Below are positions 11,116 to 24,584 of a stretch of 64,000 nucleotides of DNA, piece by piece (position 1 is the stretch's first letter; each line of letters starts with the position of its first letter). Below the pieces are notes generated by a model that was not told the DNA's origin, did not search any database, and was given only the letters and a program-made list of their open reading frames with translations. The stretch comes from Mobula hypostoma. Taxonomy: Eukaryota. A program made the translations under genes and the position numbers. The stretch lies in NCBI RefSeq assembly GCF_963921235.1, contig NC_086097.1:69566001-69630000 (forward strand). The letters are read 5' to 3'.

Positions 11116-14100
11116 CATCACATGGTTCATTCTTTTGCCCTTCAAGTGGATTTTAAGGATTTTGGTGAGTTTCAGTGATTGATTTTGTTGAAGAGTTTTT
11201 ATCGGGAAATAAAAATTCTGCTGTGCATTCTTCATATAAACATTATGGAATTGGTGCAATTAGTTGTCTTATTTTTCCAGCACCTATGAAAAGATACATA
11301 TCTATGTCAGAAAGTGGTAATTATGAAGATGGTGCACATTGTAGTTTTCATTATCAATGTGGCACTGTAGTTTTGTTCTGAGATATCACCGTGCAAATCA
11401 ACCGTGCCACTGAAGATCTCTTTAGTTCCCATAAAAAGTATTATGGTATAATACAATGTTTATTTGTCCATTAACCAAAATGAAAACCAAACTGAATAGT
11501 TACTCAGGTTTTTTTTAGATTACCTAAGTGCTTTGCTTTCCTGCCTAAGCTTTAAGGTAAAATATTCTGAGATCATCAAAGCTACTGCATAGACAGGAAG
11601 TTGTTCTTCCCATTTTTAAAAATTACAGATGGAAATATCTTGATACTTAGAAAATGGGTCACTAATGCCACCTTTTATATCTCCAGAGTTCAGGTTGGAG
11701 GGTGCAGGTTATTGGTTGTTGATGTCACAAATATTAATGAAATCTCATGCTCTTCTTATAAATCTCATGCATATTTTTTGTTCAATTGCAGCTGGATATT
11801 TACATGCTTTACTAATTGAGAGCTTCCCTTCCCATTCACACTCTACTTTGCTCTTCCTCTCTTTTTAAAGACTGTTTTGAAAAGTTCTTAGAATTTCTTT
11901 CTTAAGTCTGGACCTTTGAAGTGTATTGGGTACTGTTTGACATTTGAACATGGTGTTAGTCTTTGCACTTGAGGGTTTAAACAAAAATTCATCCATCTGC
12001 GAGTAGCTTCATTCATTTAGATCTCTGAATAATAATCAATATTGACTGATTATTCATTTTTGCTTGGTATTTTAACCAATCATTTAACAATACCTTAATA
12101 ACATTGACAATTGACTCAGTATTGTTAGTTCTGTCAAACCAGTTTTTAATTTTTTTCTTCTAAAAGAACAATGAAAGCCATATGGAAAACATTGCTATAG
12201 TTCATTTTATGCCCTGAAGGAAGAGTATATTTGTCTTTTGAATATGTCTCCCTGTTTATCTTCTTCAAAAATAGATGATTTGTTTCCTGAGAACTGGAGA
12301 AATATTTCTTGAGTTGACAGGAATGCAGCAAGTTGTGCTTTATGATTTGGAGTCCTTTGCAAAATATTTTTTTCAGTCTAAACTGGACTTGCATTACCAA
12401 AGAAGGATTTTGGTATGAAGCAAATGCAAGTTAACATTTATGTTTGATTAGTAAACTATTTCCTAGGCAAGCAGCACAATTTTACTACAGAATTTATACT
12501 CCCAAGCAAGATGCTGCAGGAACTACACATCTGGACTGAAAACCTAAAATACTGGAGACTCTGAACAGCTGAACAAATGTGAGAGAAGCCTTTAATTTGA
12601 ACTGTAAATGATAGAGTTGAAAAAATGTGAGGTCAGTCATGATTAATTGATTCAATATGAGTGCAAGATAAAAAGCAGGTGATACCAAAAGATGAGTTCA
12701 GAAATAGTAGAGTTAGTCTCAAAACAAAGTTGCAGCTCTTCAAAAGGTATAATTCAATTGCATTTGCTCCCATTTTATTAATGCATTGAGATGTGAGGAA
12801 GATGTTGAAAGCAATCACTGCAAACAACTGTTTGTACCTGAATGTACCTCTTCAGTTTTGCAGGATCGTTGGGTATTTGTATTCATGTAGAATGCTGTGA
12901 TTCCAAATTTAGTTTTCCAGTGGGTATACCTATTTTGTATAGCACCTTTCACAATCTCAAGATGCCTTCCAGCCAATGAAATGCTCTTGCTGTTATAAAC
13001 TGGAAAGTGCTGCATACTGTTCCCACGAGAAACAGTATAATGCTGATCATCCATGTTTTCTAAATGATGCTTGTTAAGGGACAGCATTGTAGACTTGCTT
13101 GTTCTTTTAAAAATCACTGTGGGATTGTTCATATTCTCCTGAGAGTGCAGGAAGAACTTTGGTTTAAATTCTTACCTGAAAGAAATCCCTTTGAGAAATC
13201 TATGTGTCATTGACTAGTTTATTGTATTGAAGTGGCTGCAGAATAATACAGAATTATATCATGGGGGAAAATCATGGTGTGGAATTTAGGCTTTATTACA
13301 ATGTACTGTAGGTGGATGATCATGTTTATATGAAATAATATTGTATGCAATTACTACGGAGACTATGAACACAAACGTTGTACAAACAAGTTGTGAGAGG
13401 TGAGTTGGATAAAAGCTTGGGCTTATTAAGGATCTCATGGGTTAATTGTGGATTTGACTGAAATATAAAATTGACAAATATAAAATGAATACTTTAGAAG
13501 AAAGCGGATGAATTGAGAGCTATATTGAAAGTGGAAATTATGGATAGGAGAGGAATTATGGATAGGAAAGATGTAATTTACACTTGATTTTACTTGTTCA
13601 GGCTTTGAGGCATTTTGATAGATATCAATAATTTACCTGAAGTCAAAGTCAGTATTTTCATGAACCTAGTGACTCTTTGAAGTACCAATGTTTTGAATCT
13701 TAGTTTCTGAGCTACTCGGTTTCAACTTTTTTTGTTTAAATGTGCTCATAATGCTGTCTCTGATTCCACAGGCAGTGATGAGCTCAAAGTAACTTTACTG
13801 CTTGGCCAGATTCCACTGATATTTTACTGGATTCGTTCTTTAATGTGCACACAGATTATTTTACATTTGGTCAAAGGTTATTGCAGCCAAACCTATTGAC
13901 TATTGTTCAGGTGTTAATTTACCACCAATGTTTGGTGGGTATAATTGGAATTGAAACTTCTGCGTTTTTGTCACTTATTTTTCCAGGTTATCTTCAAGTT
14001 ACCATGGAAATGCACCATAATGGCAAATTTACAATTCAAGTCATTAATTTACATTTTAAATAGAGTCAGAGTTAACCAACACAGAAATGGGAACCTATTG

Positions 14101-15879
14101 CCCAATTTGCCTATCCAACCAAGGAGCCTTTCTGAGCTAGCAGGGAAAACAAGCCTCGCCTATTTAGTGTCTCCTTATAACTGAATCATTCTGGTCCCAA
14201 AAAGATCCCTGTGCACCTTTTATGCACCCTCTCTAGCTGAAAACGCATCCTTCCTGCAGTATGCTGCCGGAACTACACATATTCCAAGTGCGGTTTTGCA
14301 ATGTCTTGTATAGCTACAACATTGGGACTTGCTGTACAAGCTGTTGTGGAACTTGGTGTCTTAACCCTTAACTCTTTCTATCTGTTTTCCAAATATATTT
14401 CGATTGTGATATATCCCATTAAATGTCTAACTCCCAGAACAAGCCTTCATTGTAACATTCCATCACTTTGCTGACACACTGTGTCCGTGTTTTCTGTGTT
14501 CTCATTCCTGTTGCCTAACATCCATAGTGCTGGAATGGTCCAATGACAAGTCGGGGTTCCATTATTTACGTTTCTTGTAATGAGGTAGGTAGTGCACTGA
14601 CCCTCTTCCTGGTTTCCTGTGGTTAGTAATGGATTGCTGCCGAGTGATCTAGCTCTGATCTAAACTGAAACTTCATTTTGCATTTCACCAGACATGTAAT
14701 GAACTTCAAGATTAGGATTGCAAGTGACAGAAATAGAACATGGAACAGTACAGCACAGTTCAGGCTCTTCGGCTGACAATGTGCCAACCCAAATCCTGGC
14801 TGCTCATTTACATTTTACACTGTAATTACTTCAAAAACAAGCTTTCCAGAAGAACCCTTAAAATTAATCAGTGCGTTGACAATAATCCTTTAGGGAGATC
14901 CTTTTTGTTCAGAAAAGCAACATTTAAGATTACTCCCCAAATATTCAAAGCTAGCTCCCAAAATACCGATTTCAAATTCTCAATTTGATAATATGCTAAT
15001 TATGAATTTCCTAAAATGTCAAGTTCTTTTAAACATGTGGAAATCTCATTTCTAGATGCTTTTACAGTTAGATACTTTTAGCTAGTGTGGAATCTGGGTA
15101 ACTCTTACTCTCAACTATATCAATTCTGAAGGAAAGAAAGAACACAATCTGAAAGCAAAAAGAAAATGAGAATTCTTCAATAGAACCTTTGCAAAAATGG
15201 AAAATAATTGGAATAAACAGTTGATTTCCTCATTTAAAAAACATTTTAACACAGATTCCGAATAAAAATTTAAAAAATGTATTGGTGGGACTCTCACACA
15301 GTCATGTAACTTCTTAAAGAGGCAAGGCTTGTTTGAATAGGAGGTCCTGCATGTTTATTTCATAGAAAATAACAGAATCTTCTAACTGGTCACATCCTAT
15401 TCCAGAGGTGACCATTCTCCGAATACAGATTTAACAAACATGGCTTTGTTCTCACTCTCTTATTCACTTCTCACTCTCACATTCCTTTTCTCTTTGTCCA
15501 AATCAAAATGAACTCTAGTTGCTGCACTTCAAGCAGCATTTTAAAACTCACAGACCATTCACACTTTAAACTATTTCAGAAAATTGCCAACTATTTAAGT
15601 ATTAAACATTTGTCAAAACAACTTGAGGTTGGTAGGTTAACTGGTCATTGTAAGTTGCCCTCTGATTAGGTTAAGTCAGGAGTTGCTAGGCGGTGCAGCT
15701 CGAAAGGTTGAAAGGGTCCAACATTTACAGAGCTTTCTTGTATTTCAATTGACAATATACAATAGGATTTTGATTGTTTGACTTGTTTGTCTTAGTTGAT
15801 GTGTCCTACTTTAGAACATTTAATACTCAACTTTCCAGGACTATCCTTTATTACAGACCTTTGCTTTCACCCATACCTG

Positions 15880-16290
15880 GGCTTTGAAGACATTGGTCAG
15901 AATACATTTGGAGTATGTGAGGATTTTGAGGTCCATATCTAAGGAAGGATGTGCTCGCATTGGAGAGGTTCAAGAGGAGGCTTGATTGATCCTGGGAATG
16001 GAAGGATTAACATATAAGAAGCGTTAAATGGCTCCGGACCTGTACTGGCTGGAGTTTAGAAGAGTGAGCAGGGATCTCATTAAAACCTATCAAATATTTA
16101 AAGGCCGAGATTGTGGACTTCGAGAGGATATTTCGTAAAGAGTCTAGGACCAGAGGCTGCAGCTTCAGAGTAGAAGGATGTCCCTTTGGCACAAATGAGA
16201 AGGAAGTTTAAGGCAGAGTGGTGAATCTGTGGAATTCACTGTACAGAGGGAAATAAATCAGCCATGATCTGCTCCTTTTCCTTATGTGTG
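15880..16290 (+). mobile_element. CR1 LINE 3' fragment
   Basis: CCATATCTAAGGAAGGATGTG...TTGGAGAGGTT.AAGAGGAGG...GAGTTTAGAAGA.TGAG.AGGGATCTCATT, a CR1 ORF2 C-terminal signature. Confidence 0.8.
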
Positions 16291-16469
16291 TCCTTAATTT
16301 CTGATCCTATTGAAAACATAGCTTCTTCATTGTTACGGTGTTCTCCAGGTACAGCACTGCAATATAAACTGAGAGTTCCATTTGTTGTACGTTGTGAAGT
16401 AAGGCAGACTTAAAAGTTGATAACAACAAATGCTTTTGAATCTAAATTGAACCCAGTTGCACTCACATC

Positions 16470-17095
16470 TACTGTAATGAAGTGCTCTGGGAGGCTGGTC
16501 ATAGCCAGAATCAACTACTGTCTAAGCAAGGACCAGGGCTTACTGCAATTTGCCTAACACAGTAGGTTTACAGTGGATGCAATCTCACTGGTTCTCCACT
16601 TGGCTTTGGATCACCTGGACAATAGCGATATCTACATCAGGCTGCTGTTGATTGATTACAGCTCAGTGTTCAACACAGTCATACCCCCAGGTACTAATCA
16701 GCAAGTTCCAAAACCTGGGCCTCTGTTCCATCCTCTGAAATTAGAACTTTGACTTCCTCATCGGGAGACCACAGTCAGTGCGATCAGAAATAACATTTCC
16801 TCCTTGTACCTCAAAGACACGTGCTCAGCCCACTGCTCTACTCTCTATGTACCTATGACTGTGTGGCTAGCCACAGCTCAAATGCCTTCTATAAATTTGC
16901 CATTGCCACAGCTATTGGCAGAATTTCAGATGGTGGCGAGGAGGCGCACAGCTGCTGAGCCGTGCTACAGCAACATCCTTGCACTGACGATAGTTGGCCC
17001 ACACACTACGCACAGCAATTCGTAGAAGGCTTGAGTGTTGCAACATGTTGCCGCAAAACAAACAAATTTCAGTGACATTAAACCTGATCCTGATT
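16470..17095 (+). mobile_element. Rex1/Babar LINE RT fragment (internally deleted)
   Basis: Decayed VMKC..RLV...LQFA...VDAISL.LH.ALDHLDN...[20 protein letters not shown] motifs. Ends in the ATTAAACCTGAT tail. Confidence 0.8.
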
Positions 17096-17503
17096 TACCT
17101 GTGTTTCTTTGGCTTACTGTGTCTTTGATTTTACTGAGGATAATATGTTCCAGGGACTTGGAGGCTATTCACAAGAATGAAATTGGCTTGGAACTTCATG
17201 GTCTGTAAATCGGGTTACCAGGTTTGATTGTGACACTGAATATTTACATCTTGATTCCATTGTATTGATGATGATTCTAACAATTGTTGGACCTTCTTGG
17301 TTTGATGAAGATGGTCATGAAAGCAAAGTGTTGAAACTTTTAAATGGGTCTGAGGATAGAAACAGTAAAATATTTTGAGTTAATTAGAACTGAGAAAAAG
17401 TTAAGTTAAAAAGAGTGGTGAAGCCTGATCTGTGATAAAGTGTAGGGCCAGAGAAATTGTATAACACAAATGATGATGGGGTCAGATGAAAGATGTGTTA
17501 AGC

Positions 17504-18801
17504 TGTAGCAATGTGCTACACACAGAGCTAGAGATAACGACACGCAGTCTGTAAGTCACACTCGAGACTTATTTATTCAAACTTCGCGGCACTGGCTTTT
17601 AAACAGTTCCCCTCCAGCCCTCTCCGGGTGGAACTGACGTCAGAGGTGCATTACAGAAGTTTCTCCCCGCGCGCGGGCTATTTTGTGAGCCTGTTCGCTT
17701 GTGTAAAAAGTGGGTCGCCACATAACCCCTCCCCCCCCCACCCCAGCGTCGGGGGTAAGACGCTGATCTCCGCTCCGGTGTCGACCAAGAAGTGGCGTCC
17801 CGACTGTTTGTCCCAGACGTACAGAAGGCTGTCCTAGTGGCCAGCCACCGTAGTCATTAGCGGCGGCTGGCCCTGGCGTTTCCCGGGACCTTGCAGGATG
17901 GGCAACAACGGCAGGCTTCTGTGCCCCACTGCTGGTGGTAGAAACACCACTGTTCATTGGCCTCCTCACTCCTGCCTCTGGGTTGTGTGCGCTCCGTTGC
18001 CGGGCCTGGTCTGGCCTGCTGTTGGGCGCGTGGCTTGGTAATCTGTCCGATGGACGCCCCGCTCTCCCTCTTGGCTTTCCACAGCATGTCTGCCCAGGCC
18101 GCCACCTTCTGGGGGTCACTGAAATCTGCGTCGGCCAGCAGCAGATGTATGTCCTCGGGCAGTTGTTCTAGGACCGCCTGCTCAAACATGAGGCAGGGCT
18201 TGTGTCCTTCAGCCAGGGCCAGCATCTCGTTCATTAATGCTGACGGCGGCCAGTCTCCCAAACCGTCCAGGTGAGGCAAACGGGCACCTCGCTTATGCCG
18301 TGAGAGGCCAAGGGTCTCTGTGAGCAATGCTTTGAATGCTGCATATTTGCCTTCTTCGGGGGGGGGTGACTGTATGAAATCCCCAACCCGTGCAGCTGTC
18401 TCCTGGTCAAGGGAGCTCACCACGTAATAGTAACGTGTGAAATCTGAAGATATCTGCCGAATCTGGAACTGGGCTTCTGCTTGGTCAAACCACACGCGTG
18501 GTCGCAGCGTCCAGAAAGTTGGCAGTTTTAGTGAAACTGCATGAACAGGTGAAGAGTCAATCGTCTTTGGTCCAAATTCCGTTTGCACCGCCGGGGTCAC
18601 CAATGTAGCAATGTGCTACACACAGAGCTAGAGATAACGACACGCAGTCTGTAAGTCACGCTCGAGACTCGTTTATTCAAACTTCGCGGCACTGGCTTTT
18701 AATCAGTTCCCCTCCAGCCCTCTCCGGGTGGAACTGGCGTCAGAGATGCATTACAAAAGTCTCTCCCCACAGTTTGCTTGTGTAGAAAGTGGGTCGCCAC
18801 A
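17504..18801 (-). mobile_element. Internally deleted Gypsy (Mag-like) LTR retrotransposon: LTR-PBS-gag-partial protease-PPT-LTR
   Basis: Direct repeats 17504-17722 and 18604-18801 with TG...CA ends. 4-bp TSD AAGC (17500-17503, 18802-18805). PBS TGGTGACCCCG on the minus strand next to the 5' LTR. PPT GGGGGGGGGAGGGG next to the 3' LTR. AATAAA in the LTR on the minus strand. Confidence 0.96.
17857..18603 (-). CDS. Uninterrupted gag reading frame of the Gypsy element (no in-frame ATG near the expected start)
   Basis: AVSLKLPTFW...P.VWF.QAEAQF..RQI....TRYYYVVSSL and the C-terminal WCFYHQQWG..A..C..SC zinc knuckle. 248 codons without a stop. The expected start position reads ACG. Confidence 0.8.
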   Translation of the reverse strand: MVTPAVQTEFGPKTIDSSPVHAVSLKLPTFWTLRPRVWFDQAEAQFQIRQISSDFTRYYYVVSSLDQETAARVGDFIQSPPPEEGKYAAFKALLTETLGLSRHKRGARLPHLDGLGDWPPSALMNEMLALAEGHKPCLMFEQAVLEQLPEDIHLLLADADFSDPQKVAAWADMLWKAKRESGASIGQITKPRAQQQARPGPATERTQPRGRSEEANEQWCFYHQQWGTEACRCCPSCKVPGNARASRR

Positions 18802-19719
18802 AAGCTATGTTTGGAGGAGGTAAAGATTGGGTAAGTGGAAGGAAGTCTGAAAGTTCCACAGAGAGGGAAAAAACTTGGTTAATGTGAGATATAAAGCTGA
18901 TTAATCTGGTATGCCACAAGTTCGATCCCCTGATTTATTGGATGCAAGCAGGGGTGGATGGAGGGGGCTTTGTCCTCGATCATAGCAAGGACTAGGCCTG
19001 AAGCCATGGTGTCGCATGTTCGGAGCTGCTCAGGGTGAGGCCTTGAAGTCATTGTGCTTCACCTGAGGCAGTGTGGCGTGGCTTCCAGACGAAGTCTGAG
19101 CTGCCCTCCCGGAGTTTCGCTTGCTGGAAGTCGAGCTCTGTTGTAGCTGACTGCAGATATTTTTAGCAGCACTCAGTGGACTTGGGCCTTGAGCTGCAGG
19201 GTCACTTGCTTTTCAGTTGCCGGAGGAGAGGTGTCCGAGCCATCGCACTCTACAGGGGGTGGTGTAGCACAGTTGTGACAACTGAAGATTTAAAATGGAC
19301 TGAGGGGTCTGAACTATATACATATGTATTTGTCTAGCTGTGTTTTTATTAATCTATATGTGCTTGTATATGGAAGGTCCGGGCCTCAAAGACATGGTGT
19401 TGCCTGGTAGGTGTCGGGGGCCAGTCAACAGATGATATTGGTGGGATGGGAGGTCTGGATTCTTGGAGAATGAACAAAGTCATTTCATTTTGCAAAATGA
19501 TTCTCCAGCTTTGACCAGAAATTCGCAAGTACACTCTGGAAGTACTGGTACTACTGCTTCAGCTATCAGAGAGGCTGTTTCGTATACCATAGGTGTTTAT
19601 TGAGCACGTAATGATAAGAAAGTAGCTTTAGTTATTAATATTGAATGGAACGATGCAGTGCATAATTAAGATGCAAAAGTGGACCCAAATACTTTGACAG
19701 AGAAGCTACATGAGCACTA

Positions 19720-21269
19720 CATGCCTTGGAAAAGTATTCAGCCCCCAACGCATTATTGAAATAAATATTCCAACCAAGGATTTTGGTCAATTTAACTGGG
19801 AGTTTTTAGTTGTGAAAAAAACGGAAAAAGCAGTAAAGCATGAAAATCTAAAAATTCAAAAATTGAAGTGTCAGCAGTTCAAAAGTATTCATTCCCCTTT
19901 GGTCAGTACTAAAACGAACCACCTCGTGCAGCTATTACAGCCAGTAGTCTTTTTGGATAAGTCTGTATTAGTTTGGCACAGCACGACAGAGCAGGATTTG
20001 CCCATTCTTCATTGCAAAATTACTCAAGCTGTGCCAGGTTATTTGGGGAGCGGTGGTGGACAGCAATCTTGAGATCTTGTCAGAGATGTTCGATTGGGTT
20101 AAGGTCAAGATTCTGACTGGGCCACTCGAGATCAATCTCCTTCATCTGAAGCCACTCCCTGGTTGCTCTGGCAATGTGCTTTGGATTGTTGTCCTGCTGG
20201 AAGACGAATTTCCTCCCCAGTTTAAGCTTTCTGGGAGCATGTAGTAGGTTTTTTAATCCAGGATCTCTCTGTTTTTAGCAGCATTCATCTTCCCAATTAT
20301 CCTGACCAGATTTCCTGTCCCTGCTGTGGAAAAGCATCCCCATAACATTATGCTACCTCCACCATGCTTTACAGTAGCAATGGTATTACCAGTCTGATGC
20401 ACAGTATTAGATTTACACCACAAGTACCATTTAGTGTTGAGGCCAAAAAGTTCCACTTCATATTCATCTGACCAGAAGATCTTCTTCCACATCTTTACAG
20501 TATCTTCTAAATGAAGCTTTGCAAAGTCTTGCTGGGCAAGGATTTTTTTTTTAGCCAGTGTTTCTTCCTTTCCACTCTTCCATAAACTCCCTTTTTTTGC
20601 AAGGGTTTAGAGATTGTAGAGCCATGAACTTCATCTCCATTTGCAGCCACTGACATCTGCAAATCGCTCAGAGCGACTGTTAGCGTTACAGTAGCCTCTC
20701 TTACAAGTACCATTCTTCTCCGGCGACTAAGTTTACAGGGACAGCCTGACTTAGGCAGGGTGGCTGTGGTTTAATACTTTTTCCACTTCTTCGCAATGAG
20801 CTACACTGAGCTCCGAGGTATGTTCAGTGCTTTTGAGAAGGTCTTGCACTCTTCTCCAGATTTGTGCTTCTCTATTATCATTTCCCTGACTCGTCTTGAA
20901 TGCTCTTTTGTCTTCATTTTGGTTTGGTCTGTTGAAAATCTACCATACTGTTGGACTTTACAGAGAGAGGGATATTTATTCAGGTGATCCTCCAATTTTC
21001 TACATCAATAAATTGAGTGTGTTGGTAAGGTAATATTGCACCTGAAGAAAGTTAGTACAGTAATTACAAAGGAGATGAATACTTTTTCAGCTTCACAATT
21101 GAGGGTTTTAAAATTTAGTAAATTGTTGACAGGATTTGGAATTTTCCTTTTGACTTGACATGATGTACAGTGTTTTCTAGATTAGCTCTAAAAATCATTC
21201 TTCAATGTATTTTAAGTTTAGAAAATGTGAAAATAGTTGTTTGGGCCTGAACCCTTTTTCAAGACACTG
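19720..21269 (-). mobile_element. Tc1 DNA transposon (IR/DR type), degenerate full length
   Basis: TIRs CA(-)TGCCTTGGAAAAGTATTCAGCCCC and GGGCCTGAACCCTTTTTCAAGACACTG, with inner repeats near 19880 and 21075. Frameshifted transposase pieces MKTKEHSRRVREMIIEKHKSG..., [14 protein letters not shown]...[16 protein letters not shown]. Confidence 0.93.
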
Positions 21270-21444
21270 TGTATTTGCCATTATGCCTGAAACATCAAGA
21301 AAATCCATTAAGTGAAGTAAAGCTATTGTCTCTCTGCCTACCAGGATCTCAACCACTTTGCTTCTTAAAGTTGCTAAAGGTTGCATGTGATTTGACTGCA
21401 GCCTCAATGCTAATGAAGCTTGGAAAACTGAATGGAGTTTCCAC

Positions 21445-21570
21445 GGGTCCAGATGAAGGTTCTCAGCCTGAAATGTCACCATTTCTCTCCATAGGTGCTG
21501 CTTGAGCTGCTCAATTCCTCCAGCGTGTTCATTGCTCCAGATTCCAGCATCTGCAGTCTCTTGTGTCTCC
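21445..21570 (+). mobile_element. Penelope-associated terminal repeat with decayed hammerhead core
   Basis: CCAGATGAAGGTTCTCAGCCTGAAATGTC...TGCTGCTTGAGCTGCTCAATTCCTCCAGC...CCAGCATCTGCAG is homologous to the right arm of 53737-53966. Confidence 0.65.
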
Positions 21571-22149
21571 AAGTGCAGATATTTGATGCACAAATGCAAA
21601 AATTAAAAATTCTGAAACACTTGACTGTAGTTGCCCAGGAACAACCCTGGAAACAAATGAAATGCAGGAATGCAATGGCAAAAGTTTATATGCAGTAAAA
21701 TGTTTTGAAGTTCAACTAAAATGTACACCGTCATCATGTCCATTAGGTGTAAGTTTTAATGAAATATTGGACTGACACCGTGAGGTGATATTAAGTTGTC
21801 AAATCTACTGAAAAGTAAACAGTCATCCCTGTCTGTTGCTCTGTGTTGAGGGGCAGTGGAGAGGCTGGGTGGGGAATTCAGAAGTTTCAATATGACTTTG
21901 TTGTGTAAATAAAGTTATTCATTTAGGTTGCTGAGATCAACTGACAGCAGAATGCAGGCACTGATTGTGATGGTAAATGGGACATTCTAAGTTTGGTTAG
22001 TCCAGCAATTGCCTTGCAGTTTCTGTTCAATTAATCAAGTAACAAGAAATTAATGAATGGTATTTCATAGTTTGTCTAATTCATTAATTGTATTCAGAAG
22101 CTGTCATTTTAGTTTCTGAAATTATATAGTTGTACTTCCTACTTTTTCC

Positions 22150-22992
22150 AAATCAAATCAAATCAAGTTTTAATTATCATTCAAACCATACGTGGATATA
22201 GTTGAATGAGATAGTATTCCTCTGGGACCAAGGTGCATAACATACATTCAAAATAGTGAGAGAAAAAATGCACACATTGTTAGGCGAGAAAACACATGTA
22301 TAGTCCAAGACCCTGAGCAGCATGCAAATTGATGGTACTGCTCCTGGCAATTCATCCTGTCATTCCACCAGTTGATCACTGGAGGGCAGCACCAACGGGA
22401 GAGGCTGCCCCCCCCCCCCGCCACCCGATCATGGGTGCTATACTACACTGGCGTCTCCTCACTTGGACTGCAGCAGCAGGCAAGCCCGCGGCTTTAAGCC
22501 TAGTCCTCGTTACAGCTGAGGCCACGCTGCTGCCTTGTTGCCTGTCTTGCCACCAAACAAGGGAAGCAGGCCTGTGGCATCTTATATTATCAATGTCCAA
22601 CAGGGACTTTTGATTGCAAGTGAAATGCCCAAGACAGTCACAGTTACACTGCACACTCCTTTTGCACACCAGCTCCTTTGCCTTCGAGTTGTAGACAGCA
22701 ACCAGGTCAGCTCCTCCGAACCCAATCCCACCAGTCCACCAGCTTCTCATTTTCCAGTCAATCTGCTGGCTACTCCTTTTCTGGCCTGACTGCTGGCTGC
22801 TCCTTTGAAATCACGGCTGGCTCCTCCAAACAACGAGCAGATCGCTGATGTGGTTGACCTGCTGTACACATAGCTTTTGGAGCCCAGTATAGTCTCACAA
22901 TCATAAATAATACATTTGAAAAAGAAAAGTGCACCTTTGACTTGCCCCCCGAGAGGTCGCTGTGTTTGAACTCGCCACCTTCTTACCGGAAA
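22150..22992 (-). mobile_element. Non-autonomous retroposon with (GATTT)n tail
   Basis: (AAATC)3 at 22150-22166, followed by TTTAAT. The distal end reads TTCCGGTAAGAAGGTGGCGAG on the minus strand. Family not assigned. Confidence 0.55.
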
Positions 22993-24584
22993 ATTCATTG
23001 AATCTACTTTCTGATTCATTGAATGTGTTCCTGTAGAGGTGTTTAAAATAGAGTTGACAGAGGTGCTTTGGCTTAGCATTGCAGATTTAACAACTGACAT
23101 TATGTACTGTTTTTTAAGATTTGTTGCTTTGTTTTTTTCTGACATCCTGCTTCTTTGCTAAGATGACGGTCTTTTGCTGTAGGGATTTGTTTTTATCCTC
23201 ATTGTTGAAACAGGAGGTAGCAATCATTTGTAACTGAAATGATCTGGGTGCAATCCTACTTAATTTTACTTGAATTGCCTCTGTTGACTGTTGTGCATAG
23301 CATTCAATTCTTTCAGTTTCTCACTATGTTAATTTGTTTGCTTCTCTGACAAGTGTACTGTTAATTTCAAACTTTCTTTTGAATGATCAGAATCAAGTTG
23401 TTCTCCAAATCCTAAGTCTAATGCCATTAGGCAACCCGATTTTAGGATGTTAATGCACACAAATAGAAGTGTGAGGAAACTTTGGCATTATCAGATAAGA
23501 TTGGGAATATTTGAGTATATAGCATTAGAGTAATATGAATTGAATGTTTTATGACAGATTGTCACTGTTTATGAAAATAAATATAAAAGATCTGTTTACA
23601 GAACAGCTAAGTTCTTATTTGGGCACACAAGGCCCATCCTAAATTCACAATTATACTTGTCACAACTCAAGCTAAAAATAATTCAGCAGTGTCAAATATT
23701 TATGCCCACAGTATTTGGGCATGAGCAGAGGAGAGGGGTGGTTCTACTTCATTATACACGTGATTAAAAAGCTGATTTCCTCAACTGGTGTTTTGATATG
23801 ACAGAAATGTTTTGGCTTGTGCTTATTAAGTATTCAGAGTTACTTGTGATACAAAGATGGAAAGAGTATGTTTTTGAATAACTAGCATATCAATTTTGGA
23901 AATTTGGTTTGTCCCACAGGACTTTTTTTTTAGTGCCTTTTGCCATCTGTTTATTTTCATTGAAAGAGAAATAATGCACTAGATATCTTCCTCTCCTTTT
24001 ATGCCCGTGTACTGCATTAAAAGCATACACGTTGCTTGCTTGCATGTCAGTTTTCCTTTCTGCAGATAAGGGAAATGGGGTTTAAGGTGTCAAAATTTTA
24101 TTGGTCTTGCTGATTAGTTTTCAAGGCGTAAAGGTCACTTCTTAAAAGTTTCACAATAACTAGAAATAAAATATAAACCAAGTCAAAAGAAAAATGTGGG
24201 GCTATGTGGGAGGAAGGGTTAGAATGATTGTGAAGTAGGTTAAAAAGTTGGCACAGTATCGTGGGCTGAAGGGCCTGTACTGTGCTGTAATGTTCTATCT
24301 TTGTGTAGGATTGAGTATATCCGTGGCACTATCTGAACCCATATTTTCTTTCTTTTAGAGAATATTGTGGGAGTATTGAATTACTGCAAGTGCTTGAAGC
24401 AGTAGTCTGGCACTTAAAATTAGAGTTGTGATCTAGACTAACAAGATTCCTCACATTTATTTCACACTTCATCCAAACTCTTGAAAGCTGTTTTGAGAGA
24501 GTGTTAGTGCAGATTTCAAATTTTTTTCTAAGATAGCTGTAGATAATTTTAAGTATGGGCCTTGCAGGAGATATTAAATTGGAA

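Noticed and set aside
17857..18603. Domesticated gag gene (Arc/PEG10-like)
   Set aside because: It still sits between LTRs with a TSD and has no in-frame ATG at the expected start. Nothing in the sequence indicates exaptation.
18900..19450. GC-richer intronic segment as an extra exon or ncRNA
   Set aside because: No splice-phase fit is needed (coding exons 1 and 2 join perfectly) and no motif was recognised. Probably an unclassified old repeat.
21195..21599. 134-aa minus-strand ORF
   Set aside because: It runs across a Penelope terminal repeat and a Tc1 TIR; a chance open frame.
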